Positions 8,282 through 17,570 of a stretch of DNA of 32,000 bases are shown in pieces (positions within the stretch are counted from its first letter, which is position 1; the number at the start of each line of letters is the position of its first letter). The notes under the pieces are model-generated. The model saw only the letters and a program-made list of their open reading frames with translations, did not search any database and had not been told where the DNA came from. The position numbers were made by a program, and so were the translations under genes. This DNA comes from an uncultured archaeon. GTDB taxonomy: Archaea > Asgardarchaeota > Thorarchaeia > Thorarchaeales > Thorarchaeaceae. The stretch spans positions 79,884 through 111,883 of the forward strand of contig CAYHAA010000009.1 of the NCBI GenBank assembly GCA_964354495.1. Direction: 5' to 3'.

Positions 8282-8902
8282 TTAACCCTTACGCTCGGAT
8301 ACGTCCTCGCGCAGGGCATCGACCCATACCGGAGCCCCTTTCAGTTCGGAAGCCTCTTCGGGCGTGAGTTCTTTATACTGAACGAGAGTCATGTCTTCCG
8401 GGAAGATACCGCTGACACCAGCAGGGTCCTCCATCACAAGAGTGAAGGGAAATCGTCCTTGCATTGCGGCTTTCATCTCTTCGAGTATCTTAGATGCTCT
8501 TTCTCTCTCTGCTTTCAACTCTGCAAATCTGCAGGCAGACTCGACGACAGCGCGAACCCGAAACAAGATACCTTCGACATTTGAGATGAAGGCATCAGCT
8601 GAAGGGCCCGGTTCAACATCAATACCCCATTCAGGCAACCGATAGGTGCAGGAGCCAGATCGAACTACTCTAACGTTTAGGAGAGACTCATCATCTACGT
8701 ACAGGCTGAATCGAGAGGGCTTTCTCTGCTCAGCAGAAAAGACATCGTTATGACTGAAACCGCACTTGGGACACCGAACCATGAACATTGCAAGTTCATT
8801 GAAGAATGGAACGCTGTAGAGCATAGAGCGGACCTCGAGTCTGCCTGTGCCACAGGCCGGGCAACTGGATGCTAGTTCGTTTCCTAGTGTCATCTCAACC
8901 AA
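8282..8902 (-). CDS. ZPR1-type zinc finger protein (archaeal single-domain form)
   Basis: CPACG...YSVPFFNELAMFMVRCPKCGFSHNDV; LNVRVVRS; IDVEPGPSADAFISNVEGIL; FTLVMEDPAGVSGI, all characteristic of the ZPR1 domain. Confidence 0.92.
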   Translation of the reverse strand: MVEMTLGNELASSCPACGTGRLEVRSMLYSVPFFNELAMFMVRCPKCGFSHNDVFSAEQRKPSRFSLYVDDESLLNVRVVRSGSCTYRLPEWGIDVEPGPSADAFISNVEGILFRVRAVVESACRFAELKAERERASKILEEMKAAMQGRFPFTLVMEDPAGVSGIFPEDMTLVQYKELTPEEASELKGAPVWVDALREDVSERKG

Positions 8903-9095
8903 GGGACATCACATGACATTTCCTATAAGGGTGACCATATAGCAGTTCGAGGGTTCCGAACATACTTGAGAATACATCACTGTAATCCTCAAAAGCAAGA
9001 GGGTGTTGGCTATCGTAGTGCACGCCAAGCACTATCTGGTAGTCTAAGAGAGATGCTGGAATAGAAGATGACAAGCTAGAGAGAGGTCACACTCC

Positions 9096-10289
9096 ATGGA
9101 GATTAACGGTATCTACATCATTAAGCGGGATACTGGAGTGTGTCTGTACTACAAGGACTTCTCGGGTTCTGCATTTGACCCACAGCTTCTCTCATCCTTT
9201 CTTGTAGCAATGACATCATTCTTTGATGAAGCCACGCGTTCGATTAAGTCGAAAGCACGTGCATTTGAGGGCACCGACTACACTATCCTTGTGGAATTCG
9301 GCGAATGGACACTGGGCGCGATATCAACAAAGGTTGACGACCAGCATGTCAGAGCAAAACTGAGACGAGCTATTGCCAGATTCGAGGAGCAGTTCGCAGT
9401 CCTGAAATTCATCGAACTTGACCTGGCAGTTCATACTCGATTCGAACAGACAGTCATGAGTGAGTTTGTGCGGGAGAACATTGCGCCGGAAACTCTCATG
9501 GCGGTAAGGCCTGAGTGGGAGTACCTTGCCCACAGACCAGATGTCATTTCGTTTCTGAGACTCATCCCGGATATTTGCTCTGTCGAGGATGCTGCATCCT
9601 TCTTGGAGGTCCCAGTTGAGATTGCGCTCAATCTTGCAGCGGAGGCGCTCTGGGAAGGCGTGATAGTCATCACAAACCCTGTGCGACCCGATGATATCTA
9701 CCAGACGACATCACTGACCCCTTCTGAAGAGGCGCTGGAAGGCCTCTCTCCGCAAGCAGCCAAGACTCTTTCAGAGTTAGACGGGGAAACCCCACTGTCC
9801 ATTGCAGCGGAGCGGGTAAGGACAGGAGACCTGAAACGTTTTCTTGAAGAAGTTGCATGGCTTCAGAAGAGAAGCATTGTTGAGCTCGTTTCGCCAACAC
9901 AGGCCGTAGTAGTTAGATACTCTTCAGCACTGCAAGTACTATTGAAGCGACTGTCAGAGATCATTGGCTTTCCGCCAGTCAGGAGAATCTTCTTTGAGGC
10001 TCGCGAGAAATTGGCAAGACTCTATCCATGGCTGGCATTTGTGGGTTTCAAGGACAGCTTAGATATTGATATGAGAAGCTCGCTTCTGTCGGCGACATTG
10101 AAGGGATCCATTGCTCCAGAAACAATAGAGGATGGTTTTAGAGCCTTTATCCAGTTTATTGCTAGAATGGGGAAGGATCTCTTGGGCAAAAGACCACTTA
10201 ACAAGATTATCTTCAACACGAAGAATGAAATCGAACAACGATTTCCGAGCACTGTGTTCCAAATCGAGTGGGAAACGTTTCTTGTCTGA
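9096..10289 (+). CDS. Longin-like domain + two winged-helix-like repeats + C-terminal helical domain
   Basis: N-terminal ~115 aa has the longin beta-beta-alpha-beta-beta-beta-alpha pattern (IYII...GVCLYYKDF...DPQLLSSFLVAMTSFFDE...TILVEFGEWTLGAI...LRRAIARFEEQF); WH-like FLRLIPDICSVEDAASFL...LWEGVI and LSELDGETPLSIAAER...LQKRSIVEL. Confidence 0.65.
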   Translation: MEINGIYIIKRDTGVCLYYKDFSGSAFDPQLLSSFLVAMTSFFDEATRSIKSKARAFEGTDYTILVEFGEWTLGAISTKVDDQHVRAKLRRAIARFEEQFAVLKFIELDLAVHTRFEQTVMSEFVRENIAPETLMAVRPEWEYLAHRPDVISFLRLIPDICSVEDAASFLEVPVEIALNLAAEALWEGVIVITNPVRPDDIYQTTSLTPSEEALEGLSPQAAKTLSELDGETPLSIAAERVRTGDLKRFLEEVAWLQKRSIVELVSPTQAVVVRYSSALQVLLKRLSEIIGFPPVRRIFFEAREKLARLYPWLAFVGFKDSLDIDMRSSLLSATLKGSIAPETIEDGFRAFIQFIARMGKDLLGKRPLNKIIFNTKNEIEQRFPSTVFQIEWETFLV

Positions 10290-10406
10290 GATTCATTGAG
10301 GCGTGAATTGTCTCTTGGCTCGCTAGCAGGCCGACACGCAAATCCCTTAAACGTTGGTTCTTGCATCAGTTGGGCGAGGAGTAGAATAGAAGTGCAAAAA
10401 GCAAGT

Positions 10407-11171
10407 ATGACAGGCACTGTTGCAGCTTTCATTCTTGGTCCAATCATCCTTGCAGTTTTTGTTCTTCTCTCGATGACAGGATATGTTGATGCTCTTCTTG
10501 TTTTGCTATCAATACTGACGCCCCTGACAGCATTCCTGATTGGTACGCTGGGGCTACGCCTCTTTGGAAGAGAATCAGAAATGAGACATGACATGTTTCA
10601 TAGCGTCAATCTCTGGATATCCATTGGTCTAATCATGCTCTCCCTCTCAGAGATTGCAGCAATTCTAGTGAGTCTCACTGCGGGCTCTTTACAGATTGAA
10701 GCAACTATAGGACTAGTTCAGATACCGGGGCTACTGCTCTGGGGCCTTGGGATCTTGCAGTATCTTCGGTCAGTGAACTCATCTCTCGAGTTTGCAGAGA
10801 CTGGAAGACTTTGGACGAGTCTGCTAGTCATCGTGTCACTATCCACCTTGGTGCTTATTGGCATCAATGCCCTCTACATGCCTTGGATTGGAGCTATTGA
10901 GAATGTCGTTCTGTCACCTATCATTGTGGGCCAAGGTATGCTTGCCATTATCACGCTGGGACTTGTCTGGACCTTTAGACATGGAGAGATTGCTAGACCT
11001 TTGGTCTTGGTTTTCTGTGGATTCTTGCTATACCTCGTTCGCACTGTCCACTGGGCATTCACGATAACCACGATTGGTACGCCGCTCAATAGTATTATTG
11101 CTGTGGAAGCATACATCTTCTTTGGTGCAGCATTAGTGCTAGCGCGGAATCTTGGGGCTTCTGTCAAGTGA
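10407..11171 (+). CDS. Uncharacterised polytopic membrane protein (~8 TM)
   Basis: Eight hydrophobic stretches and no soluble domain; ATG at 10407 preferred over the upstream TTG at 10296. Confidence 0.7.
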   Translation: MTGTVAAFILGPIILAVFVLLSMTGYVDALLVLLSILTPLTAFLIGTLGLRLFGRESEMRHDMFHSVNLWISIGLIMLSLSEIAAILVSLTAGSLQIEATIGLVQIPGLLLWGLGILQYLRSVNSSLEFAETGRLWTSLLVIVSLSTLVLIGINALYMPWIGAIENVVLSPIIVGQGMLAIITLGLVWTFRHGEIARPLVLVFCGFLLYLVRTVHWAFTITTIGTPLNSIIAVEAYIFFGAALVLARNLGASVK

Positions 11172-11185
11172 CTCTGACTTCGACC

Positions 11186-13099
11186 TCATCTTGCAGCACC
11201 TGATTCCGAACCCTCGGATTTCACTCCACTGTGCTCCGCTACAACCGTCTTTGCTACTTCTAGTGTTTCTTCGGTTATCTCTTCGAGTCCCTGGTGAGCA
11301 TAATAGGTCTCATAGACTGCCTTGAAAACGCCGTTCAGAGCGAGCAGTTCCTCGATAGTACCCTGCTCGACCAAGGCACCATGGTCAAAGACTAGCACAC
11401 GAGAAGCACTGGCAATTGTTGTGAGACGGTGAGCGATTACAATCGTTGTACGGTCATGAAAGAGCAGCTCCTGCGCATCCTGCACCAAAGACTCACTATA
11501 TGCATCAAGGCGGCTTGTGGCCTCATCGAGAATCAGAATCCTGGAATTAGCAAGCATTGTACGAGCTATTGTGACCATTTGGCGCTGGCCTGCACTCAAA
11601 TTCTTACCACTCTGAATGACACGGGTATTATACCCATTTGCTAGCACCTCGATGAACTCGCTGGCACCAATCATGGTGCACAACTCCATTATCTCAACAT
11701 CAGTAGCATCAGGTTTTCCGTATCTGATGTTCTCCATGACTGTATCATCAAATAGGTAGGGCTCTTGAGGAATGAGTGACATGGCGCGATGAAGTGAATG
11801 CAGCTGGACATCACGGATATTCTGATTTCCGATGAAAATGCCTCCTTCCTTGGGATCATAGAATCGGTTCACAAGCGCTGCAATAGTCGTCTTTCCGGCT
11901 CCGGTATGTCCAACAATAGCTGCAGTTTCGCCAGGATTGATAGAGAAGGTGACGTTCTTGAGAACAGGAGTGTCCTTAACATACTCGAACACGACATTCT
12001 TGAAATGGATGCCATCGCTGTCCGGAAGGAGAGCGACTGCATTTGGAGCATCAGCAATTGCTGGTCTCGATTCCAGAACATCTGTTACTCGATCCATTGC
12101 GGCAAGTGATGATTGAACCTGTGTGGCCATCATACTTAGGCCAAGGAGTGGGAACATGATGCCACGTACCAAGGAGACACCAAGAAATATGTCTCCAAAC
12201 GAGAGTAATGGAAGCACACCAACTGCCAGAGATCCTGCAACGAACAGCATGGCTGCAATGGCGAATTGACCAATCGCCATCATCAATGGCTGCATTGAGG
12301 TCATCAGTATCATGAACCTGAAGCCATATCGGTAGGCCTTCTGGTTCAGTGACATTAGATGTTCTGCGAGCTCATCTTCACGATTGAACGCCTTGGCGAT
12401 ATGGATTCCGCTGAGATTCTCAGCGATCTGACCAGACACCTCTCCGGATGCTCGTTGTGAGGCAAGCATGATTCGCTGTCCTACTGTGCTAAAGAGTACT
12501 GCGATGAACAGTATGCCCGGCACGACAATGAGAGAAGTCAGAGCAAGGTAAGGCGACATCACCCAGAGGAGTATGAATGATGCTCCAAGTGTCAGAAACT
12601 GGCTTGCAAAGTTGATCAGGACTTGGATTCCTATGCTCAGGTTCGTCGCATCACTTGTGACCCGGGAAGTCACATTTCCCGCTTGTTCAGCTTTGTGGTA
12701 GGAGAGGTCAGCCTCGACCAGATGCTCATAAACATCCTCTTGGACACTCTGGACAAGCCCTGCTTGCGCTGCCGCCATAATCCATGTATTCACGCCACTC
12801 ATGATCCAAGATACAATGGAGAGGACCAAGAAGAGAATGGTCAAGAAGAAAAGGGTAGTGAGAGAGCTTTCGAGATAGACGGAGTCGATTCCTGCTCTGA
12901 GAACAAGGGGATTAATCACACCCACAATTGTCGCTGCGAGAGAGAGTATTGCGCCGACAATGACAATACGCTTGAAACTGCCGAGGTACTGCACCATTCG
13001 GCCAAGAAGGACTCGTATCGGACGGCTTCTCTTCTCTTTCTTTCCCACAAGAGCCCGAGGGCCCCCACCTACTCCCATGGGTCCGTGCATGACCATCAT
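11186..13099 (-). CDS. ABC exporter half-transporter (TMD-NBD), consensus catalytic subunit
   Basis: 6-TM domain; Walker A GHTGAGKT, signature LSAGQRQ, Walker B ILILDEAT, switch IAHRL. Confidence 0.95.
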   Translation of the reverse strand: MMVMHGPMGVGGGPRALVGKKEKRSRPIRVLLGRMVQYLGSFKRIVIVGAILSLAATIVGVINPLVLRAGIDSVYLESSLTTLFFLTILFLVLSIVSWIMSGVNTWIMAAAQAGLVQSVQEDVYEHLVEADLSYHKAEQAGNVTSRVTSDATNLSIGIQVLINFASQFLTLGASFILLWVMSPYLALTSLIVVPGILFIAVLFSTVGQRIMLASQRASGEVSGQIAENLSGIHIAKAFNREDELAEHLMSLNQKAYRYGFRFMILMTSMQPLMMAIGQFAIAAMLFVAGSLAVGVLPLLSFGDIFLGVSLVRGIMFPLLGLSMMATQVQSSLAAMDRVTDVLESRPAIADAPNAVALLPDSDGIHFKNVVFEYVKDTPVLKNVTFSINPGETAAIVGHTGAGKTTIAALVNRFYDPKEGGIFIGNQNIRDVQLHSLHRAMSLIPQEPYLFDDTVMENIRYGKPDATDVEIMELCTMIGASEFIEVLANGYNTRVIQSGKNLSAGQRQMVTIARTMLANSRILILDEATSRLDAYSESLVQDAQELLFHDRTTIVIAHRLTTIASASRVLVFDHGALVEQGTIEELLALNGVFKAVYETYYAHQGLEEITEETLEVAKTVVAEHSGVKSEGSESGAAR

Positions 13100-14979
13100 G
13101 CAGCACCTCCTCTCTTGGCAACAGTGGCAAGTAGCTCTTGAGCGCCAGGAAGTCTCTCGAAGACACGACGGTAGTGTTCTGAGTCGCGTAGGAGTTCCTT
13201 GTGGGTGCCAACCGCCACGATGCGACCTCTGTCTAGGATGATCACCATGTCGGACTCGATGAGAGTACGCAGTCTTTGAGTGACTGTGATACTGGTGCGG
13301 CCTCGCATAACCTCGTCGAGAGCCTTTCTCATCAGGTATTCTGTCTGAGCATCAACTGCGCTCACCGAATCATCTAGAAGAAGAATCTTGGGATTCTGAA
13401 TTAATGCGCGGGCTATCGCAAGTCTCTGTCGCTGGCCTCCACTCAGCGTCATCCCGCGCTCCCCAATCATGGTATTGTAACCTTCAGGTAGATTAACTAT
13501 GAATTCATCGGCCTGAGCACGTTTTGCGGCTTCGATAATCTCTTCATCAGATGCATTAGATCGACCAAAAGCTATGTTCTCACGGATGGTCATTCTGAAG
13601 AGAAAGATGTCCTGCTCAACAGAACCCACAGCATCTCTGACGGACTTTGTTGACACACTTCGCAGGTTCACTCCGCCAACTCGAATCTCGCCCTCAGTAG
13701 GATCGTACAGACGTTCCAAGAGTTTCAAGACCGTACTCTTGCCAGCCCCAGGTCCGCCTATGAGTGCAATACGAAACCCGCCCGGAATGACAACAGAGAG
13801 ATTCTTTAGTGCAAAATGAGAATTTCCAATATCTTCTCGGCCATACCTGAAGCTGACATTGTCGAAGACAATATCACCTGTCCATTCTACATCTAGGACT
13901 TCGTGCTCGGGTTCAGACATTGGGTCCTCCCAGTTGAGGAGGTCTACAATTCGTCGGGCATTGACATAGCCGCCCCTCAGCATGAGAAGCATCATCGGAA
14001 ACTGAAAGTTGAGTCCCTGAAGTGACGTGAGAAGGCCAAGAATTGTTATCAGCTGGCCAACGTTCATGATGTCATTGATGACTGCATAACCTGCGTACGC
14101 AAACGCAATGGTTGTCATCCCGGCTAGAATCAGTGCCGGCAGATAGAATGCTGAGAGCTGTCCCTCTTTTGCAGTCAGCATTTCTTGGGCCTTGCTGGCA
14201 TCGCGGAACTTCCTCTTCTCAAACTGCTCTGCGTCAAAAGCTCTGACGACTTCAATACCTTGAAACACACCTTGGGTGATAGAGGACAAGTCTTCCATGT
14301 TCTCCGACCTCTTTCTTCTCACGGGTTCTATCGCGTTGGCGTAGCGGTACGAGAAGAGAAGATAGATTGGAAGTCCGAATAGCATAATCAAAGTGAAGCC
14401 ATAGGTAGGGAACGCGTAGCCTCCAATCTGAAGAGTCAGCATACTGCTGAGGCCGGGCAAGAAGTCCATCTGAATTAGGAAAAGAGTCGATATGGCAAGG
14501 GACGCCAATCCTGCTGCTATGTTCCTCAATGCAGGATTAAGAGAGAAACGGACCCATTGGATATCCTGCATAGCCACGGCTAGAAGGCGTTTGCTGTCAA
14601 ACTCATCATGAAAAGTCATGCTGTAGACCTGAAGAGCCTCGAAGAAATCCTGTCGAGCATCACGTTCCCAGCGCAAGGTCAGTGTCGCCCAGACCCATCC
14701 TCCAACAAAGAAGAGACCCATGTAGGCAGCGCCAAATATCACGATAAGCCACACATAGGTCATGAATTGGGCGGTCAGAAAACCAGTCGTCTGTATCTCT
14801 GTCACAGCAAGACCGATGAAGACTGACGGAAACACTGTCAGCAGGGTGGAAACCATTGTCAGCGTAAGACCCACAGAGGCAACAGCCTTGTTCCTTGTCA
14901 TTCCGCTGAGCATGTATCTCCAAGGAGTCTTCCTTACCGTTTCACCGCCATTGTTTCTAGACATTCTATATGGCTCCAT
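13096..14979 (-). CDS. ABC exporter half-transporter (TMD-NBD), degenerate subunit
   Basis: Walker A GGPGAGKS, signature LSGGQRQ, Walker B LLLDDSVS (Glu to Asp), switch TQRL (His to Gln); ATGA overlap with the downstream partner. Confidence 0.95.
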   Translation of the reverse strand: MEPYRMSRNNGGETVRKTPWRYMLSGMTRNKAVASVGLTLTMVSTLLTVFPSVFIGLAVTEIQTTGFLTAQFMTYVWLIVIFGAAYMGLFFVGGWVWATLTLRWERDARQDFFEALQVYSMTFHDEFDSKRLLAVAMQDIQWVRFSLNPALRNIAAGLASLAISTLFLIQMDFLPGLSSMLTLQIGGYAFPTYGFTLIMLFGLPIYLLFSYRYANAIEPVRRKRSENMEDLSSITQGVFQGIEVVRAFDAEQFEKRKFRDASKAQEMLTAKEGQLSAFYLPALILAGMTTIAFAYAGYAVINDIMNVGQLITILGLLTSLQGLNFQFPMMLLMLRGGYVNARRIVDLLNWEDPMSEPEHEVLDVEWTGDIVFDNVSFRYGREDIGNSHFALKNLSVVIPGGFRIALIGGPGAGKSTVLKLLERLYDPTEGEIRVGGVNLRSVSTKSVRDAVGSVEQDIFLFRMTIRENIAFGRSNASDEEIIEAAKRAQADEFIVNLPEGYNTMIGERGMTLSGGQRQRLAIARALIQNPKILLLDDSVSAVDAQTEYLMRKALDEVMRGRTSITVTQRLRTLIESDMVIILDRGRIVAVGTHKELLRDSEHYRRVFERLPGAQELLATVAKRGGAA

Positions 14980-15508
14980 TCTTTAGTTGCTCAATCAATG
15001 AGGAGATTCTTGCAGTCATCTCTTCCAGATGGCGGAGCAGTTGTTGCTTCTTCTTTGTGTCGAGTGAGTCGAACATAGATTCGAAGGACCCTATGGAGTG
15101 ACTCATCCCATGCAGATGAAAACTGATGCGTTCTTCAGGTTCGAGGAGCTGTTCCCAGAGTTTCGGTCCCAGACGAGTCTTCTCTCCAACTGATTCCCTT
15201 CGATGCTTGAAAATCAGCACCATCTGCTTCTGACCTTCCTTCGTGAGACGGTATGTCTTGCTTCGGCCTTCAGTGGACGCAGCTTCGATAGTGCCCTCTT
15301 CTTCCAAAGAAGATAACAGTGGGTAAATTGTGCCAGGACTCGGGTTCCACTCGCCATCCGTGAGATCATGAAGCCTCTGCATGATGTCAGTCCCCGTCAT
15401 TTCCTGTAGACGCAAGAGACGGGGAATGATATGACGAAGAAGCCCTCTAGGTATTGATTGAGGCACAAGTAGATGATCACATTCTCTATCAGGGGCCTCT
15501 TCGTTCAT
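14966..15508 (-). CDS. PadR-family transcriptional regulator
   Basis: GTDIMQRL...WNPSPGTIYPLLSSLEEEGTI...RSKTYRLTKEG; C-terminal dimerisation helices; overlaps the first ABC gene. Confidence 0.92.
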   Translation of the reverse strand: MNEEAPDRECDHLLVPQSIPRGLLRHIIPRLLRLQEMTGTDIMQRLHDLTDGEWNPSPGTIYPLLSSLEEEGTIEAASTEGRSKTYRLTKEGQKQMVLIFKHRRESVGEKTRLGPKLWEQLLEPEERISFHLHGMSHSIGSFESMFDSLDTKKKQQLLRHLEEMTARISSLIEQLKNGAI

Positions 15509-15527
15509 CGCATATATCGCCTGGAAT

Positions 15528-15564
15528 ATCGTATCCGATAATCGAACGCGATATCGAATGCGAT
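15528..15564. promoter_or_regulatory. Array of three ATCG-N4-CGAT palindromes, candidate PadR operators
   Basis: Sites at 15528-15539, 15541-15552 and 15553-15564, 20-56 nt upstream of the padR ATG; a TTATAT TATA-like box on the minus strand lies at about 15563-15568. Confidence 0.6.
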
Positions 15565-15669
15565 ATAAGGATTACTGAAGGACTCCGCTGTTTTCAGTAT
15601 TGGGGACCAAGGATAAGTTTGATAAGAACCCCCACATCCAGCACTCAGAAAGTTATCGAGGATGCTCAA

Positions 15670-17523
15670 TTGGGTGAGAAAGCCAAGGTCAAGGAAACTG
15701 TAGGTCTGTTCGAAAAGGTATGGCAGTTGCCATCCTTTAGAGCAATCTTGGCCATAATGATATTCGAAACGCTGGTTGTTTCACTCATAGCTACAGGCCT
15801 CAAGATACTTGCGGGCGTCACCACTATGCCTCTATCGACAATGGCGCTGTACATGGCCATTCTCAGCGTACCTACATTCTTTGGCACGGGAATTCTCTAC
15901 CTAGCACTGACCAGCCATGGCTCGCCATTGAATGCTCGAAGAACAGCAGGAATTGTAGTATTCGGAAATGTCCTCTGGTTTACGATGGGACTGGTCGGTG
16001 CAGCCATTGATAGCATCATATCATATCAGTTCTATGAAATCCGGTTCTGGGCAATTGGTGCTAGTCTAGCTTTTCTGATGATTGCATTTCTTGTCAATGC
16101 GCTCAGTGATCATAAGGAGCCTCGTAATTTCGCGGCAGCTGCCGCACCTTTATTATTGTGGATCATTCTGGAGATGCTTTTGGCACCGATGGATGCCGCG
16201 ATGCCAGATTTGCCTAGCCTCTGGTACGTGATGATTCCAGTCATTGTAGCTCTCTCGATATTCGTGGTTCACTACATCTACAGGTCAGTCAGTGTGCCCT
16301 TTGAGAGAGACCTCGGTATCAATGGTCCAGCTCTCCTGCGTGCCTTTGGACACGATTATCTAGCGGGGAACCCGATTCCACTTGATACACTCCTTACCAA
16401 GATATCGACTCCACAGAGCATTCCGATGGAGGCCATTGTATTTCGCGATACTCAAGAGCCGTCCAAATTGATAGCCTGTGGAGTGATCTCATATGTCCAT
16501 CCAGGACCATTCAGAGATGTAGGAAGCAGCGAATTGCCCTCAGTCATAATGGAGCACATCAAAGAGAAGTATAGCGTGCCAGCATTTGTCATGCATGGGA
16601 CATGCACTCACCAGCAGAACCTGACAACCAAGGAGGATATTCCAAAGGTGCTGGATGAGATTGACAGATTGATAGAGAATACGGCAGTGCACAGCACCAT
16701 CTCTGGACCTCATTGGACTGATGGCGAGAAGTTCAAGGTGTGGACATTATTCGCAGGAGAGAATGTACTGACAATCACGACAAGCGCACCAGAGTTCACT
16801 GATGATGTTGCACTCGAGGTGGGATACGATGCTGCGAACATGGTGAAACAACGGCATCCCACGATCAAGAGAGTGGCAATAGTGGATGCTCATAACTGCA
16901 TCAATGATCATGCAGTTTCAGTCGTTGAGGGCGATCCCGAAGCTCGGGAATATGTGGGAGCCATATCCGAAGCTATCTTCTCAACCCTCAATAAATCAAG
17001 GTCCGTCGTGAAAGTGGGCATGTATCAGGTCTGGCCAAAGGACATCAGTCCCAAGGAGGGCATGGGTCCTGGAGGCATCAGTGCGATATCACTTGCCAAT
17101 GGAGACCGCCAGTTCGCTCTGATATCGGTTGACGGGAACAACATGGAGCCGGGATTCAGAGAGAAGACAATCAGTGCGTTGGAAACACAAGGGTATGACG
17201 ATGCAGAGGTCGTCACGTCAGACACTCATGTCGTCAATGCAATATCGCTGTCAAGTAAGGGATATCCACCTGTAGGGAGAAACAAGCCTGATGAAACGTT
17301 GGAACACATCGTCGTAGCCTCAGTGAAAGCCAGAGAGAAGATGCAGACTGTGCAAGTTGGTCTGGGATTCGGAAAGGTGGCTGGTCTTAAAACCTTGGGC
17401 GAAAGAGGGTTCGATGTCTTGACGCAGAATATTATGGAGGCTGCAAGAATCGCGAGGAGAGTGGGAATCCGTGCGGGCGTTGGTTCAGTAATCGCAGCCA
17501 TATTACTTACATTCCTCATGTAG
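15670..17523 (+). CDS. DUF2070-family archaeal membrane protein
   Basis: N-terminal TM bundle, then HPGPFRDVGSS, HGTCTHQQN, DAHN, DGNNM and TSDTH motifs. TTG at 15670 with GAGGA upstream preferred; the track start at 15454 overlaps padR. Confidence 0.85.
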   Translation: MGEKAKVKETVGLFEKVWQLPSFRAILAIMIFETLVVSLIATGLKILAGVTTMPLSTMALYMAILSVPTFFGTGILYLALTSHGSPLNARRTAGIVVFGNVLWFTMGLVGAAIDSIISYQFYEIRFWAIGASLAFLMIAFLVNALSDHKEPRNFAAAAAPLLLWIILEMLLAPMDAAMPDLPSLWYVMIPVIVALSIFVVHYIYRSVSVPFERDLGINGPALLRAFGHDYLAGNPIPLDTLLTKISTPQSIPMEAIVFRDTQEPSKLIACGVISYVHPGPFRDVGSSELPSVIMEHIKEKYSVPAFVMHGTCTHQQNLTTKEDIPKVLDEIDRLIENTAVHSTISGPHWTDGEKFKVWTLFAGENVLTITTSAPEFTDDVALEVGYDAANMVKQRHPTIKRVAIVDAHNCINDHAVSVVEGDPEAREYVGAISEAIFSTLNKSRSVVKVGMYQVWPKDISPKEGMGPGGISAISLANGDRQFALISVDGNNMEPGFREKTISALETQGYDDAEVVTSDTHVVNAISLSSKGYPPVGRNKPDETLEHIVVASVKAREKMQTVQVGLGFGKVAGLKTLGERGFDVLTQNIMEAARIARRVGIRAGVGSVIAAILLTFLM

Positions 17524-17570
17524 CTGATACAATCATGTAGGTTTCGATAGAAGTATATGCGGCAGTTTGG

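Noticed and set aside
15454-15669. N-terminal extension of DUF2070 in the ORF track
   Set aside because: Overlaps padR head-to-head and runs through the palindrome array; a TTG with SD at 15670 fits better. Similar extensions of hppA, WD40, porD and the nitrilase were trimmed for the same kind of reason.
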